A stretch of DNA of 39,848 bases from Trypethelium eluteriae (taxonomy: Eukaryota), in assembly GCA_051942245.1 (NCBI GenBank), contig JAVECL010000020.1, forward strand, positions 62,001-101,848, given 5' to 3'. Position numbers and translations under genes: made by a program. Below the pieces are notes generated by a model. The model saw only the letters and a program-made list of their open reading frames with translations, did not search any database and was not told the origin of the DNA. Shown here piece after piece: positions 34,961 through 39,848 of the stretch (the first letter of the stretch is position 1; the number at the start of each line of letters is the position of its first letter).

Positions 34961-36574
34961 TCAGACACTGATTGTTTTGAAGACACTGTGAAGCGAGTTA
35001 GCTCTATCTCCAATACTATTGTGTATATTTTGACACCTGGAAACGACTAACCCAAATCCGCTGCCACCAGTGGCCATGATACACCCAGGGATTTGGGGAT
35101 GCCAATGTGCTTCTTTGACTTGGTCCATGTAGTGAACGAACAAGAGCTGTGGTGGCACGTCTCGAACGCCGGCTGTATTTCTACTCTCATCGTCGTCGAG
35201 CTCGACGGCAAGATCCCACAGAGATAAAGTGTTGTCTCCAGCGGCAACGGACACAATGCTATCGTCCGTCGGGTGCCACTCAACGCTTGTTATCTGCTCT
35301 TTGTGAAAATCGAAAGACGCGACAGGTGTTGGGTCAAGACTGCCTTTGCTAGAGTTAGGCTTCCATTGTCGAAGATCCCAGACTGCCCATTGACCGTCAT
35401 CGGCTCCAGAAGCAAGCAAATGAGCATTTTGACGCGACCAAGAGAGTACATTGACATCAGTGGAGCTGATAGGAACGTTGAGCATTGACTTGCGAGACTT
35501 TGAGCGCAAATCCCAGATTCGAACCGTCCCGTCATTGCCTGCTGAAGCAAAGACAGAACGTTCGACCGGGGACCATTGCAGCTCCTCTACAGTGCCTTTG
35601 TGACCAGTGAATGGCTCTTTATCGGTGGTAACCTGACCACCCTCCCCAATCGTTGTGGTGAATATGCGCCCGTTGATATCGCCAGTCAGAAGCTTACCTT
35701 CTGCAATTACAGGTGACCAGTCCACAGCGTACCCCTCAGTTTTCCCATGTGACCGTACAGTTCCCAGAGGTTGGGCATGCTGAGAATTCGTAGCCATGCC
35801 AGGTGTATCAAATGATGCGAGTTCGGCTGAAATATTATGAATGAGGACCTGCCCGGATTCCGTCATAGCCGCAGTCAAAGTTGTGCTATTAGTCCCGCTA
35901 GCAGCAGGAACCTGGTGAGCTCGCACACGGTTTGTACATGAGCCTGTCGGGATAATCTTCGTTTCCAGGATTGGGTCCGCATTTTCCTCATCGTCTGTAT
36001 CGTCGTCGTCGTCGTCGGAGTCATCTTCTTGACCACGATCCATGCGGCTAAGCCCACTCAATTTCATGACGAGGAGCTGGTTTTCCCGCTCTCTTCCCCT
36101 CGCAGCTTGCGTTCCGGCGACGGCGTACACTGTAGCAGGATATGATTTGCGTTCATCACCCAAGTTGTCCTTGATGATATCCAGGGAAAGGCACGGCCAA
36201 GTGGATTCGAGATTGTGTAGCATCTCATATGTTGAGAGATCGGGGGCAAGAATTTCCCCATTGTTTAATTTATTCCGTCCAATCATGAAGGTATCTTGAT
36301 CGACGTCCATTGCGCCTGCATGCTAAAGCGATTAATACAAGCCCAGATTTTTCCGTATTGTTGAGGAAGATGCACCTTCGCGTTCCTCAGCTTCTCGTTC
36401 TTCATCTGGTCTCCCATCGACGCCAGCCTCCATAATCTCCTCATCGCTATCGAATTCATCCTCAAACTCATCTTCAAATTCCATCTCTTCTCCATCGACG
36501 AGAGCTTTTTGTGGTCTTGCCCCGGATTTGAGGGCAGACTGCAGCTCAGGATCGTCTGCCGTCCTCTTGCTCAT
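34961..36574 (-). CDS. RRB1: Ribosome assembly WD40 protein Rrb1/GRWD1, introns 36375-36316 and 35051-34986
   Basis: MSKR..EFEDEFEDEF, YEMLH..WPCLSLDI..DNLG, EGYAVDWS, VEELQWSP.E..VFASAGNDGTVRIWD, ITSVEWHP, VPPQLLFVH..KEAHWHPQIPG, GFG|VFKTISV. Confidence 0.96.
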
Positions 36575-37018
36575 GATGGATGCTGTAGCAGAAAGGACGT
36601 GAATAACAGAGCTGAGGAAGGTAGGTAGATGGAGGGTTGATTTTTAAATTCGAAAAAAAGTTGCAGACCCCACCATGTGGGTTGGGCCCCTGTGCCCCTC
36701 CGGCCAGGGCTTCGCGACTCCAGCACCCCAGCATCCCAATCAAGAAGCGCGCTGGCCAGCCTCACTGATTGACGCCGGGGCCCCCTGTCTCTCTCTGTTG
36801 ACGCCCGAGTTCAGTGCTCGCTACCCTTTTCCATCTCGCCAATCTCCACGAGTCCCCGCAGGGACACCGTTCGCTGTCAGATCTGTCATTATCCGGACTA
36901 TGCATTTTCCCTGCTGTCTCGCGGCCAGCCGGTCTTGACGCGTCCGCTCTCGACAGCGCGCACAACTGACTACCTTTAATTCCATCTCTTCCCTCCCCGC
37001 TCTCTGATCGGAAGTGCG

Positions 37019-38149
37019 ATGGACCACACAATGGACGGTACAGATGAGAGCATGAGTACTATCACCGCTTCAACCGTCAACGCCCTCCCCGAGGTACACA
37101 ACAACGGCTACGGCCAAACTCAACCATACGACTCACGACCACAGACTTCATACTCAGATACCGGCTTCTCTCGACCACATTCCGCATCCCAACCAATGGA
37201 CTACTCACCGTCACCAGAAGTCGACTCGAATGGCAGATATCCCTCGCCAGGGGCTGCTCATCAACAACGTACTGGCCAACCTTATTCCCGCCCCCCTTCT
37301 GGTCTTTCTGGTGCTGGAGAAAGAGCTGGCGGCTACCCCGACCAAGCACAACGTGCTGCACAAGCTCAGCAGGCCGAGAAAAACACAAGTGTGGTCATCA
37401 AAGTCGGCATGGTTGGCGATGCTCAAATTGGAAAGACGAGCTTGATGGTCAAATACGTGGAAGGAAGCTGGGACGAAGACTACATACAAACTCTAGGTAA
37501 GGTTTTTCCAAACCGTAAAATCTCTACGCTTCCCAGTCAACCTAATTGCTGGCATATCAGGGGTAAACTTCATGGAAAAGACCATCTCGATACGCAACAC
37601 CGAAATCACCTTCTCCATCTGGGATCTGGGTGGTCAGCGCGAGTTCGTGAATATGCTACCCCTCGTCTGCAACGACGCCGTGGCGATACTATTCATGTTT
37701 GACCTGACACGGAAGAGCACGCTGAATTCAATAAAGGAGTGGTATCGCCAAGGCCGGGGCTTCAACAAGACGGCCATTCCGTTTCTCGTGGGCACTAAGT
37801 ACGACCACTTTGTTAACTTTCCTCGAGAAGATCAGGAGGAGATCTCCACACAGGTCAGTACTGTTGCCGTGGTGCTCATTTGAACTGCCGGTATCTAACC
37901 CACACAGGCTCGGAGATTCGCCAAAGCAATGAAAGCGAGCCTAATTTTCAGTAGCACAAGCCACAGTATTAACGTGCAAAAGGTAAGATGGCCTCTTCGC
38001 TCTCACCCAACGCAAAAGGACTTTTACTAAACTATTACCATCTGCAGATCTTCAAGATTGTCCTCTCCAAAGCCTTCGACCTCCGTTGCACTATCCCTGA
38101 AATCGAGAACGTGGGCGAGCCACTCCTCCTCTACCAATCCGTCGGATAA
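37019..38149 (+). CDS. SPG1: Septation/mitotic-exit GTPase Spg1/Tem1, three introns
   Basis: [90 protein letters not shown]..|[43 protein letters not shown]. Confidence 0.97.
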
Positions 38150-39609
38150 TTTCGCATAATCCCTGCATGTCGTTGAGAACTTAATAGAGAGGATGCGTAT
38201 CCATTACGAAAAGGAAGGGGCACTGATATGAGGGCTGAAGGTTTGCTGTTCGAGATTAGGGTTCAGAGAAGGCCAGATAGCATGAGAAACAGGTAGAGCA
38301 GGTACGAGCAATGCAGCCATGACCGAACAAGTCCAGGGGGAAATTCTGTCTGGCGTTTATTGCTAAATGACACATTTTGGGAGGGGCCTGGCAGCCTTGC
38401 GGGACGCATGGTTGCGGCGTTTATTATCAACATGTAGCTGTAGTGTATGGTATCGGAAATTCATTTTGACAGCCCATTCATACCACGAGCAGAGCATGCA
38501 TTCAGTAAGCGGCCATCAACGAAGTCACTTTACGCTGCCATTCAACGTCAGTCTCTACGTGTGCCTTAAGCATTGCGAGCGGCGGCATTGTACTGAGCCT
38601 CGGGCAATTCTAAGCTTCATGCATGACCTTCTGTTCACTGAAGTTGACATCAAGAATAGCTCTGTTGCCTTTGCAATGCGAAAAAGCTATAGGCATTTCT
38701 CTTCGAAAGCAGTCCAAATACTAAGAACACAGGTGGATGACAACCAGCCTAGAGAAAGTCTAGTCGCACCTCAAGAAAATATAGATAGACTTTCACATAG
38801 GGCCGCCAGCGACACAAACCAAGAATACCAGCCTGGAGTATTGCTGTGGGCCGTTTGCTCCATGAAAATGCTCAAACAAAAAACTTTTCCAGGGTGAAAT
38901 CCTGAAATCTCACAATATTAGTGATCGACTGCTAGCAGATCATAATGAGTTGTTGGTGAGCTTTGCCTACCTCTTTGTGCTCCCACAGATACCGGTCGCA
39001 TGGCCTGACCTTGCTTCTCATGGAAAAAGTTCCTTGAGGTCTAAGGCGCGGCAAAAAAAATGAGTCACACGATTGGGGGATGAAAATGCTAAGCTATTTT
39101 TACAAACCTTCGATCCCATGCAAACTCCTCGAGAAAGCAAGCAGATTGGATAAGTGAATACTCACCTAACCTTCAGTAACAACATAGGAAAAAAAATGGA
39201 ATGCATTACCGCATCAGCGCCAGACTCATGGCCTTAGACTCATTCTGACTGTATGTCTGGGAAATCGAAGAATGAGAAGTGATGGTACAGGAAACTCGCC
39301 GGCCTGATGGTGTTCGAATCGTTTCTGTTCGTAGGATGAGAAGCAATGGTACCTTAACCTTTCTCCCGTGTAAAGCCGCCTCGCAAGTTGAAGAATTGCA
39401 AATTGTGTCTTCTTCGAGTAGAAGACGATGGCGCTGCAGGGTTAAAACGTGTCGCGACATCTTACCCTCAGAGGAAGTAGTCAAAAGGCACCGAAAGCGC
39501 GCATCGATCTTGTAAAAGCCCGTCTTACCCTTTCTGCAATAGGGGGTAAAAGAATAATCGAGAAAAGGTCGTGTTACCATTGCCATAGCTCAGTCGTCGT
39601 CCGGCAATC

Positions 39610-39848
39610 TTAGTACCTGCGCTTGCTCCGAGGATCCTCATACCCATCGCCGTCATAGGGGCGTTTGCGTTGGTAGTCGTCACGGCCGCCATACCCACCT
39701 TCTCTGTCACGATCGCGGTAGCCACCACCACCCTCACGCGGACGGATAGGTTCGCGGTTACTCCCACTGAACCCTCCACGATAAGGCCGGTCTTCGTAAC
39801 CTCTGCCACCCCGATTGTCGAAACCGTTCGGTCCCCCAGGGCCATCAG
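39610..39848 (-). CDS. SNP1: 3' end (partial) of U1 snRNP 70 kDa protein
   Basis: Frame not in the ORF track: ..DGPGGPNGFDNRGGRGYEDRPYRGGFSGSNREPIRPREGGGGYRDRDREGGYGGRDDYQRKRPYDGDGYEDPRSKRRY* (TAA 39612-39610). GSNREP.RPRE and DPRxKRRY match my recollection of filamentous-fungal U1-70K tails. The RRM lies outside the window. Confidence 0.75.
   Translation of the reverse strand, partial: DGPGGPNGFDNRGGRGYEDRPYRGGFSGSNREPIRPREGGGGYRDRDREGGYGGRDDYQRKRPYDGDGYEDPRSKRRY

Noticed and set aside
35999..36016. (TCG)n run, and (TCA)n near 5546-5560
   Set aside because: These encode poly-Asp tracts in Rrb1 and Scc3.
38367..38897. 176-aa plus-strand ORF downstream of SPG1
   Set aside because: No recognisable domain and the composition looks non-coding. 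Needs RNA-seq.
39206..39845. ORF-track minus ORFs 39206-39586 and 39525-39845
   Set aside because: The first lies in the 3' flank and the second is an alternative frame of the RG/RD-rich exon ending at 39610.

Overview
Gene-dense eukaryotic DNA from a filamentous ascomycete (Pezizomycotina-type proteins, short GT-AG introns with CTRAY-type branch sites). I can reconstruct about 18 protein-coding genes, nearly all housekeeping: glyoxalase II, cohesin Scc3, UreD, a conserved basic protein, Aim6-type phosphodiesterase, Ade2, the TFIIIC B-box-binding subunit, Utp8, Elg1, Gep4, SmD3, Irc6/p34, a membrane protein, Gpi12, a small orphan, Rrb1, Spg1/Tem1, and the 3' end of U1-70K. Most sit in head-to-head pairs. 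I found no transposon, rRNA, tRNA or CRISPR array. The best leads are regulatory or processing features: (1) a consensus B-box just upstream of the gene for TFIIIC's own B-box-binding subunit, followed by an overlapping uORF, suggesting autoregulation; (2) a small orphan protein with an internal ubiquitin-like LRGG motif; (3) an intron-gated mitochondrial presequence on glyoxalase II; (4) clustered 5' splice-site motifs and repeats downstream of the U1-70K stop; (5) stop-free 3n introns and an unusually long repeat-containing GEP4 intron. All gene models were assembled by eye and family calls come from recalled motifs, not database searches.
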